From a virus (lineage: Duplodnaviria > Caudoviricetes), in the IMG/VR virus record IMGVR_UViG_3300046495_000047, positions 1-30,922 of that record: a DNA stretch of 30,922 bases; one strand, given 5' to 3'. This document shows, one piece after another, positions 16,866-24,865 of the stretch. The notes below the pieces were generated by a model. That model saw only the letters and a program-made list of their open reading frames with translations, ran no database searches and was not told the DNA's origin. Within the stretch, counting starts at the first letter, position 1, and each line of letters opens with the position of its first letter. Made by a program: the position numbers and the translations under genes.

Positions 16866-18290
16866 TCACGCGGCGCGAGCGAGGAGCTGCGCGACGAAAC
16901 CGAGGTTGGTGACGAAGTACTTGGCGTAGCCGAGGGGCTGAATCGCCACCTCGCCTTGGACCGTGCTGGTCGAGACGATGACCACCGAGCGATTCACGGT
17001 GTAAACCACGTCCGAGACGTGCCCGGCGGTGCCTTCCGCGTTCTTTGGCTGCAGCAGCAGCGCGCGAAGCGCGGCATTGACGCGGCCCTCGATGCGCACG
17101 GCATCGCGCTCGTCGATGGTGCCGTCCGGCTTCACACGGACGCCCGCGTTCAGGTAGTTGAGCTGCTGCTCGTAGACGATTCGGCAGGCCAGATCCATGA
17201 TCCGGCGGAACTGCCACCACTTAAAGTCGGAGCCGGCCGCGCTCTTCAAGTTGCCCTGGGTGCAGTAGATCCCAGGCACGCCCGCGTAGGTGCGGACGGT
17301 CGTGATCTTTGCCGCGTCCATGTTCTCGGTCTTGTACTCGTCGTGGTCGGGTGACGAGATGCCCGGCAGCGGGCCGCTGGCGTAGCGCCCGAGGTCGGTC
17401 GAGATGAGCGACCCGTGCGCGCGCCCGGCGATGGCATTGAGCACGCGGTTGCGAGGCGCGCTCCAGCCGGTGAACGGCTTGGCGCTCGTCTGCACCGCGC
17501 TGCGGTAGGCAAGCAGCACGCGGTTGGCGACGGTCGAGGCGAACGCGGTGAGCGTGGTGGCCTCCACGTCGTCTCCCGCATCCATCATGCCGCCCTTCCA
17601 GCGGAAGGTGTTGGCCATGGTCGAAAGCTGGGACTGCAGGGCAGCGGCAAGGGTGGCAGCAGCCGCGCCCGTGGCCTGCTTGCCGCACCCGACAAAGAAG
17701 TCCCAATCGGTCGAGTCCGCGGTGATGCCGTTGAATGCAGCCGACAAGTCGGTGGCGTTCCACATCGGTGCGGTGTTGGGAAACGTGTAGGTGGCGGCCG
17801 CGATGTACGTGCCGGCCGGGAACGTCAGAGTGAGCCCCGTGTTCGGAATCACGAACGAGCCGCCCGCTGGGATCGTCTGCGTCTCGCTCGAGGTCACTCC
17901 GTTGTCGAGCGAGTACTTGAACGTGCCCGTGCCAAGAACCCCACCCGCGACGATGGTGGCGATTGCCTGATAGTCGTCGTTCGGGGTGCCCGCGACCGTG
18001 ACCACCGGACCGCCGCCAACGTTGACCACCGCGCCGGCCGAGCCAGCAACCGTGGTCGCCGCCTTCACGAAGCGAATGGGACCGCCGTAGTTGGCCAGGT
18101 CGTACGCAGCAGCCTCGACCGCCGGTCCTTGCCCCTGACCAGCAACAAGGTCGGTGACCGAGTTGTAGGTCTTGATGACGTTGACGGTGCCGAGCGAGCT
18201 GTACCCGTAGTACAGCGGGATCGAAGTGGCCGGAGTAACGAGGTTGAGCCCGTTCTCGTTGATGTTTAGTGTTTGGCCGGGGATGGGCAT
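16866..18290 (-). CDS. Tail sheath protein (DUF2586-like)
   Basis: I..DG.LN start region, G.G.FKYSLD.G, ITTVRTY.G..GIY, GSDF...RRIMD.ACR and I.PLGYAK motifs. Confidence 0.9.
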   Translation of the reverse strand: MPIPGQTLNINENGLNLVTPATSIPLYYGYSSLGTVNVIKTYNSVTDLVAGQGQGPAVEAAAYDLANYGGPIRFVKAATTVAGSAGAVVNVGGGPVVTVAGTPNDDYQAIATIVAGGVLGTGTFKYSLDNGVTSSETQTIPAGGSFVIPNTGLTLTFPAGTYIAAATYTFPNTAPMWNATDLSAAFNGITADSTDWDFFVGCGKQATGAAAATLAAALQSQLSTMANTFRWKGGMMDAGDDVEATTLTAFASTVANRVLLAYRSAVQTSAKPFTGWSAPRNRVLNAIAGRAHGSLISTDLGRYASGPLPGISSPDHDEYKTENMDAAKITTVRTYAGVPGIYCTQGNLKSAAGSDFKWWQFRRIMDLACRIVYEQQLNYLNAGVRVKPDGTIDERDAVRIEGRVNAALRALLLQPKNAEGTAGHVSDVVYTVNRSVVIVSTSTVQGEVAIQPLGYAKYFVTNLGFVAQLLARAA

Positions 18291-18634
18291 CAGAGCACCT
18301 GGTCAGTGAGGGGTGCCTTGACGGCAGCCACGATCTCGAATTGGGCCTTGTGTGGGCAGCTCTCAGCGATTGCCGGAGCGTGCGGCGGCGTGGCGGGGTA
18401 GCCCGCGCCGGCCTCGAGCGCCGCGTCGTAGTCGGCCTCGGAGATGAGGAATTCAGCTGCCTCGGCCTGGTAGTGGTAGGCCTGCGCCGACCAGCCATGC
18501 AGCGCGTCCGCGGCGGCAAAGCGCCAGTCGGGGGCCGGCTCAGCCCACGGCTTGGTGGGGTCCTGGTGGCCGACGTGGCCCTTGCGCTCGGCCCACGCCA
18601 GTGGGGTGAGGCGCTCGATATCTGCTTTGACCAT
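18290..18634 (-). CDS. Small pre-sheath tail protein
   Basis: AGGAG RBS and TGATG coupling to the sheath. Motif FAAA.ALHGW...ISEADYDAAL. Confidence 0.7.
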   Translation of the reverse strand: MVKADIERLTPLAWAERKGHVGHQDPTKPWAEPAPDWRFAAADALHGWSAQAYHYQAEAAEFLISEADYDAALEAGAGYPATPPHAPAIAESCPHKAQFEIVAAVKAPLTDQVL

Positions 18635-18641
18635 GTGGCTC

Positions 18642-19067
18642 CTACTTGTCGAAGTACTCTTCGAGGATCTCTTGTGCCGTCTCGACGAATGCCTTGCGCC
18701 ACTTCAGCGGCAGGCCTTTGCCGGGGACCATCTTGCGAGCGACCATGTGCTTCGTGCCGCTCTGGTGGGGCGCGCCGTAGGTAACGCTCGGACTAACGCG
18801 GAAGCCCTTGCGGGTGACACTGCGCGGCTTCCAGCCTCCCTTGAGGCGCCCGGTCTTGCCGGTAAGAATCGCGCGCCCGTCGTCCTTCTTCTTCGGCTTC
18901 CAAGCATTGCCGTCAGGGTCGGCCTGCTCGCGAAACCCCTGCTTGATGAGGTCGATCGCCTCCTCGGCCATGTTTGCCGAGATGACCTGGAGCACCTGCG
19001 GCGACTCTTCGACACGCTTCTGGAAGCGCTTGAGCGAAGCGAAGTCGCCGGTGAATTTGAAGGACAT
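18642..19067 (-). CDS. Virion morphogenesis protein (Mu gpG / P2 gpS-like)
   Basis: Motifs F..Q.DPDG.AW.P, IL...TGRL and YG..HQ.GT..M.AR. Confidence 0.88.
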   Translation of the reverse strand: MSFKFTGDFASLKRFQKRVEESPQVLQVISANMAEEAIDLIKQGFREQADPDGNAWKPKKKDDGRAILTGKTGRLKGGWKPRSVTRKGFRVSPSVTYGAPHQSGTKHMVARKMVPGKGLPLKWRKAFVETAQEILEEYFDK

Positions 19068-19579
19068 CAGGGCTGAATGATTGACTCGATCTGGACTCCA
19101 GCGAACGAGCCGACGACGCCCTGCTTGGTGAGTGATTGAAGCACCGCGGCCTCGTCGAACACCGGGATGTAGAGCACGAGCTCAAGCCGGATCTTCGGCT
19201 GGCGGAGCGCGATATCCGCCCGCCCAGGCGCCTCCATCTCCCACTCGTAGGAGCCCGGCATTGCGTTCGGACCGCACGTGAGGTGGATCGCGGCGAGCAA
19301 GCCGTCGAGCAGCAGCTCCGTGGTGGTCTCATCCTCGGCAAACACGTAGGCGTACACGCCCTCGGCTCGTCGGTAGACCTGGCGCAGCCGGTTGCCCGCG
19401 CCGTCCAGGCGCCCGCCTACGCTCTTCGGCGGCTCGACCTGGCTCTGCGTGCGCACCCAGACCACGCGCCGCTGCTGCGTGTTCTCTTGCAGCTTTACGC
19501 GCCCGAATTGGGACAGGACGCTGGCGTCCGCAAGCTGGGCGTGGATGGCGTCAATGTGCTGTTGGAGCTTGGTGGCCAT
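19067..19579 (-). CDS. Putative tail terminator / neck protein
   Basis: Positioned between the gp36-like and gpG-like genes, with an alpha/beta pattern. Call rests on synteny. Confidence 0.55.
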   Translation of the reverse strand: MATKLQQHIDAIHAQLADASVLSQFGRVKLQENTQQRRVVWVRTQSQVEPPKSVGGRLDGAGNRLRQVYRRAEGVYAYVFAEDETTTELLLDGLLAAIHLTCGPNAMPGSYEWEMEAPGRADIALRQPKIRLELVLYIPVFDEAAVLQSLTKQGVVGSFAGVQIESIIQP

Positions 19580-19582
19580 GCA

Positions 19583-20362
19583 TCACACCGCGTCGTCGTC
19601 GCTGCCATCGGGGGCGAACCAGCCGCGGAGCTTGCGCCCACGGATCTGCGCCCCGCCCTCGCGCTGCCCAGGTGTCGCGTCGAGCATCGCGTCAATCGAC
19701 ACGGCGCCCGCGGAAAGCTTGTCCAGCCACCCTTTCGTGCGCTCGTTGCCCACGTAGAAGTCGCGACGGATCTTGAAGTTGGAATCGTACTCGTCGGGGT
19801 TGAACCCGCGCCAAACGAGCACGTCGTACACGCTGATGGCCACGCATGCGGCCTTCAGCTCGGGTGGAACGGCCGTGAATGGAAGCCGGTAGCGGCCTCG
19901 ACAGTACGACTCGATGAGTGAGGTATTGGAGCGGAGAATCTCCGCTTGGATCATCGGAGTCACCGGCAGGGACAGAGCCGCCGCTGGCAGTCCGAGATTG
20001 GCAATGTCGCTCGGCTGCGCATAGAGCACCTCAGCCGTAGCGCTCAAGCCGGCGGTAAACGAGGCGCCCGCACTGACAACGGTCTGGACGCGGATGAACC
20101 GCTCCATACCTGTCAGCACGGCCCTCGCGTACCCGAGCGCGTTCGCAAGGATGCTGCCCGGCACGCTCACCCAATCCGTTGTCCCGTTTGGGGAGGTCTG
20201 GATCGTCGCGGTGAGCGCCGGGGTGGGGCCGGAGACAGCGGTCACGTCGAGCAGCGCCCAGGCTGCGTTCCGAATACCGATGTCTACGGCCGCACCGAGC
20301 GCGGTACCCGCGGCCAACACACTCCCCGAGGGGAGCAAGGTAACCGCGAGTGGGTTCGTCAT
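19583..20362 (-). CDS. Head-tail adaptor (Mu gp36/DUF1320-like) with an extra N-terminal beta domain
   Basis: The C-terminal ~145 aa carry YA...DI, IESY.RGRY.LPF..VP..L...C..I.VY.. and WL..L..G. The N-terminal ~110 aa are beta-rich. Confidence 0.85.
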   Translation of the reverse strand: MTNPLAVTLLPSGSVLAAGTALGAAVDIGIRNAAWALLDVTAVSGPTPALTATIQTSPNGTTDWVSVPGSILANALGYARAVLTGMERFIRVQTVVSAGASFTAGLSATAEVLYAQPSDIANLGLPAAALSLPVTPMIQAEILRSNTSLIESYCRGRYRLPFTAVPPELKAACVAISVYDVLVWRGFNPDEYDSNFKIRRDFYVGNERTKGWLDKLSAGAVSIDAMLDATPGQREGGAQIRGRKLRGWFAPDGSDDDAV

Positions 20363-20366
20363 TGGA

Positions 20367-21266
20367 TCAGGTCGCCTTCGCTCGTGCCATCAAGAACCAG
20401 GGGCCGAAGCCGGCGACGCCACGCGCGTCGACGAGCCACTGGAATTGGCGCTGGTACGCTACGTTGTCGTCGTTGATCGCCAGGCGCGGGACGAGCTGCG
20501 GAGCCTTCCGAAGCTGGAAGATCAGCGGCTTGATGACCGCGCCCAGGTCCGCGACGTACCAGGTGTCCGGCAAGTTCGCGAGCTCGGGAACGACCAGCAC
20601 CGAGGCTTGGCCCATCTGCACGTTGGTCGCGCCGGCGGCGTTGTACGCTGCCTTGACCACCGTGTTGGCGTTGTCCTCGAGCGCAGGCGGGACGACGACC
20701 GTCATGCCTCCCTGAGAGCCAACCCCGAGCGGCTCTCCGTCCTCGCCCGTGTACGCCATCATCGTCGATCGGATGATCTGGAAGTTGGCGGCGTTGAGCG
20801 GAGTCACCGGGAAGTTGTTCGACTGGTTTCCCGCCGGGTTCAGCCCGTGAGTCGCGCTGAAGAACGGCTGCCCGTCGAAGCCGAGACCCGTGGTGCCGGA
20901 CTGCAAGAGCAGCTTCAGCACCTGGTCCTGCCACTTGGCAGACTGACGCCCGAGCTCGGACGCGACGGGGTTGTACACCCCGAGCATGTCGTCCTCGAAG
21001 TCGTCGCGGTCGACGCCAATCGAGAGCTCGTACGGCTCGTTGGTCAACGAATAGCCGTGATTCGAGAGGTTTTGGATCAGCCGGGGGCCGTACCACTTGC
21101 GCATCTTGAGAATGCGCTTCATCCACCCGTAGGTGTTTGAGCGGGTGCTGCTGGGCACCTGCGTGGCCATCTGGGTTCCCCAGATCTGAGTGTTGCGCCA
21201 GCCTTCGTTGAAGAGGCGCAAGAACGTGACTTGCAGTGCTTGGACTGCTGCCGAGGTAACGAGCAT
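20367..21266 (-). CDS. Major capsid protein (Mu gpT-like)
   Basis: Motifs VPSST.SNTYGW, MRKW.G.R, YE.SIGVDRDD.EDD.LG.Y, DGQPFF...H, LVVPP.LE, KPLIFQ.R and DARG.AGFG.W. Confidence 0.95.
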   Translation of the reverse strand: MLVTSAAVQALQVTFLRLFNEGWRNTQIWGTQMATQVPSSTRSNTYGWMKRILKMRKWYGPRLIQNLSNHGYSLTNEPYELSIGVDRDDFEDDMLGVYNPVASELGRQSAKWQDQVLKLLLQSGTTGLGFDGQPFFSATHGLNPAGNQSNNFPVTPLNAANFQIIRSTMMAYTGEDGEPLGVGSQGGMTVVVPPALEDNANTVVKAAYNAAGATNVQMGQASVLVVPELANLPDTWYVADLGAVIKPLIFQLRKAPQLVPRLAINDDNVAYQRQFQWLVDARGVAGFGPWFLMARAKAT

Positions 21267-21297
21267 CGCTGGTTTCTCCTGTTATTCGTCCGAGCGA

Positions 21298-21729
21298 TCA
21301 GCTCAGCGGGAACTTGAAGGCAACCCAGACGGAGCCGTCAGGGTCGATGTCATGGACGAATCCGGCGACAGAGCGCGTCGCGCCGCCGTTGGTCTTCGCG
21401 ACGGTTTGGTCGTCGACGATGTAGCAAGCCTTGCCGATATCGACCAAGGCGATCAGGTCGCCGGCAGACGAGTTGCCGAACTTGAAGATGCCGCTACGAG
21501 CGCGGACCTTCACGGTGTTGCTGACACCGGTCAGCACGCTGTCTTCGCAGCGCCCGATCGCGGTCAACGTGGTGGAAACGACGCCCTTCTTGAACTTACC
21601 GTCTGCGGAGTCGATGCAGAGGATCCCGCCCTTGTAGAACTGGGTGGAATCCAGGCCGACCTCGGCATGCTCCATGCCCCAGGGGGTGTAGTACTCGGGC
21701 GTGTCGCGGTCAGCTGCTAGTGCGGTCAT
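21298..21729 (-). CDS. Capsid cement/decoration protein
   Basis: MTAL.ADR.T, G.F.F.NS, DIGK.CYIVDDQTV.KT...RS.AG motifs. Lies between the protease and MCP genes. Confidence 0.8.
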   Translation of the reverse strand: MTALAADRDTPEYYTPWGMEHAEVGLDSTQFYKGGILCIDSADGKFKKGVVSTTLTAIGRCEDSVLTGVSNTVKVRARSGIFKFGNSSAGDLIALVDIGKACYIVDDQTVAKTNGGATRSVAGFVHDIDPDGSVWVAFKFPLS

Positions 21730-21732
21730 GGA

Positions 21733-22242
21733 TCAGCGAGCCCCTTTCCGGCGAGCTTCGTCTTGGGCGATCATGTCCTTCTTGGCTTCCAAGAAGTCCT
21801 TCTCGGTGATGTTCATCTGAGAGCACACGACGCGCTCCTCATCGGACAGCAGGGTCAGCGAGCCACCCGCGGGGGCACGCACAGGGGGAGCCGTGGGACC
21901 GCCTGCGACCGGCGCAGCGCTGGCAGCGAACTGCTCGAGCTGAGCAACGGTGAGCGTTCGGGCCCACTCGTGCAGCGACGGGGGCAGCTTGCCCTCTTCG
22001 CTGAGCTTGATGATGGTGGCGTCGACCTTGGCGGACTTCTGCTCGTCCTCGAGCTGAGTCACGCGCACGGCGAGCTTGACGCATTGGTCAGAGCTTGCTT
22101 TCCAGCGAGCGAACTCGGCCGATGCCTCGGGCACCGACGCCTTGCCGCTCAATTGGAGCAGGCTATTGAACTCGGTGTGTCGCGACAGTGCTTGTGCAGC
22201 AGTCTGCGCCCCGAGCAGTTTGAGCAATTCTTCGAGATCCAT
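21733..22242 (-). CDS. Putative internally initiated scaffold (gpZ-like), in frame within the protease gene
   Basis: AGGAAAGG precedes an in-frame ATG at 22242 (MDLEELLKLLG), right after the protease domain, as in Mu I/Z. Confidence 0.6.
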   Translation of the reverse strand: MDLEELLKLLGAQTAAQALSRHTEFNSLLQLSGKASVPEASAEFARWKASSDQCVKLAVRVTQLEDEQKSAKVDATIIKLSEEGKLPPSLHEWARTLTVAQLEQFAASAAPVAGGPTAPPVRAPAGGSLTLLSDEERVVCSQMNITEKDFLEAKKDMIAQDEARRKGAR

Positions 22243-22767
22243 ACTGCTGCCTTTCCTGGGTGGTTCCCCAGCCGTTCTGTCGGCGACCAGAGGCTTTTGC
22301 CCCTTCGTCGCTGGAATGTTGGTGAGTGCGACGTTGATCAGCTCGGTCGGCCTGCCGCTCTCGCGGTCACGCATCACGGCCGGACTGAAGAAACGGAACT
22401 CACGCGCTTGGAGCGCCGCGAGCCCGTAGGGCGTCCACTGAATGTCGCTCGCTACGAGCGCGCCGCCCTTCACTGCGGGCTTGAACCAGGCCGCGGCCTT
22501 CGCCCCATCGGGCGGGGCGAACGGGTTGAGCATGCCGTGGGCGATGTCGAACGGCAGCAGGTCGAGACCGTGATCGGCAAACGCTGCCATCACGTCCTTG
22601 CCTGACTTCGCGTCGAAAAGGACCGGCCCTTTCGTCGTCTCCGTCACACCCGAACCGAAGAGCACGATCTCGGTGGGTGGGTTCGCCGCCGCGTCGTCGC
22701 CGATCGCGAGCAGCAGCGCGAAGCTGCCACCCGCGAGCTCGAACGCCTGAGCCTTCTTCCCCGCCAT
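21733..22767 (-). CDS. Prohead protease/scaffold (Mu gpI-like)
   Basis: Motifs LPFD..H, AAAW, I.WT..G...L..RE.RF.SP and VALTN.PA..G..PL. C-terminal helical scaffold ending L..EE..VC..M.I....F. Confidence 0.92.
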   Translation of the reverse strand: MAGKKAQAFELAGGSFALLLAIGDDAAANPPTEIVLFGSGVTETTKGPVLFDAKSGKDVMAAFADHGLDLLPFDIAHGMLNPFAPPDGAKAAAWFKPAVKGGALVASDIQWTPYGLAALQAREFRFFSPAVMRDRESGRPTELINVALTNIPATKGQKPLVADRTAGEPPRKGSSMDLEELLKLLGAQTAAQALSRHTEFNSLLQLSGKASVPEASAEFARWKASSDQCVKLAVRVTQLEDEQKSAKVDATIIKLSEEGKLPPSLHEWARTLTVAQLEQFAASAAPVAGGPTAPPVRAPAGGSLTLLSDEERVVCSQMNITEKDFLEAKKDMIAQDEARRKGAR

Positions 22768-22997
22768 CAGTCCGGGCACATCTCGAAGGCGCGAGCCTTC
22801 GCGAACTTCTCAGCTTCCTTCTGAGATTTGCCCAGGTTCACCTGCTGATTGACGATCGTCCCGTAGATGCCTTCGCGCGTGAGGTTGCGGCGCGGGCCGT
22901 CGGGGATGACCGGCTCGGGCGGCAGCATCACGTCGTCGAGCGAGTTGGTGGTGTCATCGGACGCGTCTTGGCCGTCGGCCCCGGTATCTTTTGCCAT
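22767..22997 (-). CDS. Small acidic hypothetical protein
   Basis: Strong GGGAGG RBS and TGATG coupling to the protease gene. Confidence 0.7.
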   Translation of the reverse strand: MAKDTGADGQDASDDTTNSLDDVMLPPEPVIPDGPRRNLTREGIYGTIVNQQVNLGKSQKEAEKFAKARAFEMCPD

Positions 22998-23006
22998 GAT
23001 GGATTC

Positions 23007-23040
23007 CTCCCTTGCCGGCCGCGTCGAGTGCGGCCGGGAG
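23007..23040 (-). promoter_or_regulatory. RBS-sequestering hairpin upstream of the head-assembly genes
   Basis: CCGGCCGC/GCGGCCGG stem (23015-23022 with 23030-23037), extendable by CTCC pairing with the GGAG of the RBS. Confidence 0.5.
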
Positions 23041-23079
23041 TGGTTGCTATGTTCAGCGCGCGAGGGCGCTAGGGCGCGA

Positions 23080-23394
23080 TCAGTAGATCAGGCCGGGTTC
23101 GTCGTTCGATGAATCCCAGGGCGGTGGCGGCAGCGCAGGGATGCCGTCAGGGCGCTTCGTCATGCTCAGGTCGAGCTTACGCGCGTTCTGGCGCCACCTG
23201 AGTTCATCACCCAGCCAGGTATCGACCAGCGCAGCATCGTTCACGTCGAGCGGCACGGTGCCGCCAGGAGGCGGCCAGATGCTGACCTTGACCCCGCGCC
23301 TCAGATCACTGCGGAGTCTCTGAGCGAACACGCTAGCGCCTTCGATGATGCCACCGAGCGCTACCGTCGTGCCGTCGCTGAACTCCCAGATCAT
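23080..23394 (-). CDS. Candidate immunity/partner protein of the MuF extension
   Basis: ATGA overlap with the MuF stop codon; 104 aa (MIWEFSDGT...). Confidence 0.6.
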   Translation of the reverse strand: MIWEFSDGTTVALGGIIEGASVFAQRLRSDLRRGVKVSIWPPPGGTVPLDVNDAALVDTWLGDELRWRQNARKLDLSMTKRPDGIPALPPPPWDSSNDEPGLIY

Positions 23395-24863
23395 TGTCCT
23401 GCTAGTTGACCCAGCAGGAAGTGTAGCATCTCGGGATCTCCTAGTGCCAGCTTGTCCAAATCGATCGGAGAAGCGAGCCACTGGTAACCCATTGAAGTGA
23501 CCTCTGTGGCGCTGTTTCCGTAGTCCTTGCCTACGTAGGGGTGGATGAACCCGTCTTTCCTAGCCAACTCCTCAGGGCGATAGGCGCGGCCAGGCTCCAG
23601 ATCGAGCAGCCTTCTTGCTGCCTCGCCTTGAGTGCGAGCCTTCAGGAATGCGAGCGACCTGGCCAGCGCCTTTGGCGTCTCAGACTCAGTAGCGTGAGCC
23701 CATTCGTGGACGCCGTTCTCCACGTCTCCCGAGTGGCTGATGAATATCGTCCGTAGCTTGGGACTTGCTCCAGCGCGCCCAGGACGATACCGCACGTCCC
23801 AGTTCGGTTGCTCTACCGCCGACGTGAGCTTGTAGAATCTCTGCGCTCCCAGCGGGAGCTTCTTGTTCGGTGTCCCAGTAGTGGGCGTGATGCTGCGCGT
23901 GTGCTCGAGCACGGCCGCGATGCCCTGCAAGTCCGATCCTGCTCCACCTCGGATCGGTCGATTGGGTGGGAGTGCCTTCAGCTTGGCCAGGAGGTCGGCG
24001 CCATCCTGGCCAGCAAACAGCGGATGCCCGCCATCCCTGAGCCGCTGTGCCTCCGCCACGACCTCCGCACCGGACCGGTCTAGGCCCCGCTCTTGAGCCG
24101 CACGGCCCCATGCAGCGGGGTGCGCGGCCTCACCCAGGTGGGCGTACTGGTCGCGCCAGAACTTGGGGTCATGCTCCGGCTTGCTTGCCGGTGGCGGTGG
24201 CGGCTTCTGCTGCTTCTGCTGCAGGGTCCGCAGTAGCTCGGGGTCGGTCTTGGCCGGGTTCGGCTTCCACACCGGCATGGCATCGGGCGCCGTGCCCCAC
24301 CCGGGGGTGGCCGGGGTGAGCGGCGGGACGTTGTTGATGCCCCGGCGCTCGGCTTCTGCCTTGCGCAGGCTCCGAATCCCGGAACGGCAGCGATGATGGA
24401 GGGGCGGGATGTTGCTCGCCCACCACTGGTTGTCCTGCGGCAGGATCGTCTTGTCCCGCACCGTGCAGATGGTGCTCGTGCGCGAGTCGAGCACCGCATC
24501 GAACATCCAGTAGGGACGAAAGCGCGCCACATCGGGCGCCTTCATCTGCTGGTAGCGGCCCGCGTTGTACGAGCGTTGCACCGCGTTGCGGAACACCGTC
24601 TCGGTATGCGCCGGGTCACTCAGAATGTCCTTGACCCGCTTCTTGAAGTCCTCGAACGGCTCTCCGTTCTTCAGGGACTTCGCGATGTGGTCAAAGACAT
24701 TCTGAATGGCCTGGAGCTGCAGCCCGCCGCCGATCCAGAACGAGCGCTGGCGTGTGTCGTCGTCGACTTGCGCGGCCTCGTCGCTGCTCAGGACTACCCG
24801 TTGGAGAAACCACTGAATGGCTTCCTCGAAGCGGGAGAAGTCGGCCGAAACGGCCCATGCCAT
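23391..24863 (-). CDS. Minor head protein (Mu gpF / SPP1 gp7, MuF) with C-terminal HExxH metallopeptidase-like extension
   Basis: MuF motifs ETVFRN....YNAGR, PYW.FDAVLDSRT..C and PPLH.RCRS. After a Pro-rich linker come HEWAH (23694-23708) and PYVGKDY...EVTSMG. Confidence 0.9.
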   Translation of the reverse strand: MAWAVSADFSRFEEAIQWFLQRVVLSSDEAAQVDDDTRQRSFWIGGGLQLQAIQNVFDHIAKSLKNGEPFEDFKKRVKDILSDPAHTETVFRNAVQRSYNAGRYQQMKAPDVARFRPYWMFDAVLDSRTSTICTVRDKTILPQDNQWWASNIPPLHHRCRSGIRSLRKAEAERRGINNVPPLTPATPGWGTAPDAMPVWKPNPAKTDPELLRTLQQKQQKPPPPPASKPEHDPKFWRDQYAHLGEAAHPAAWGRAAQERGLDRSGAEVVAEAQRLRDGGHPLFAGQDGADLLAKLKALPPNRPIRGGAGSDLQGIAAVLEHTRSITPTTGTPNKKLPLGAQRFYKLTSAVEQPNWDVRYRPGRAGASPKLRTIFISHSGDVENGVHEWAHATESETPKALARSLAFLKARTQGEAARRLLDLEPGRAYRPEELARKDGFIHPYVGKDYGNSATEVTSMGYQWLASPIDLDKLALGDPEMLHFLLGQLAGQ

Positions 24864-24865
24864 GG

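Noticed and set aside
7956-18290. Tailocin / extracellular contractile injection system
   Set aside because: Terminase, portal and capsid genes are present and intact, so this is a phage.
17221-18702. 493-aa alternative-frame minus-strand ORF over the sheath
   Set aside because: It is an Arg/His-rich off-frame translation typical of GC-rich DNA.
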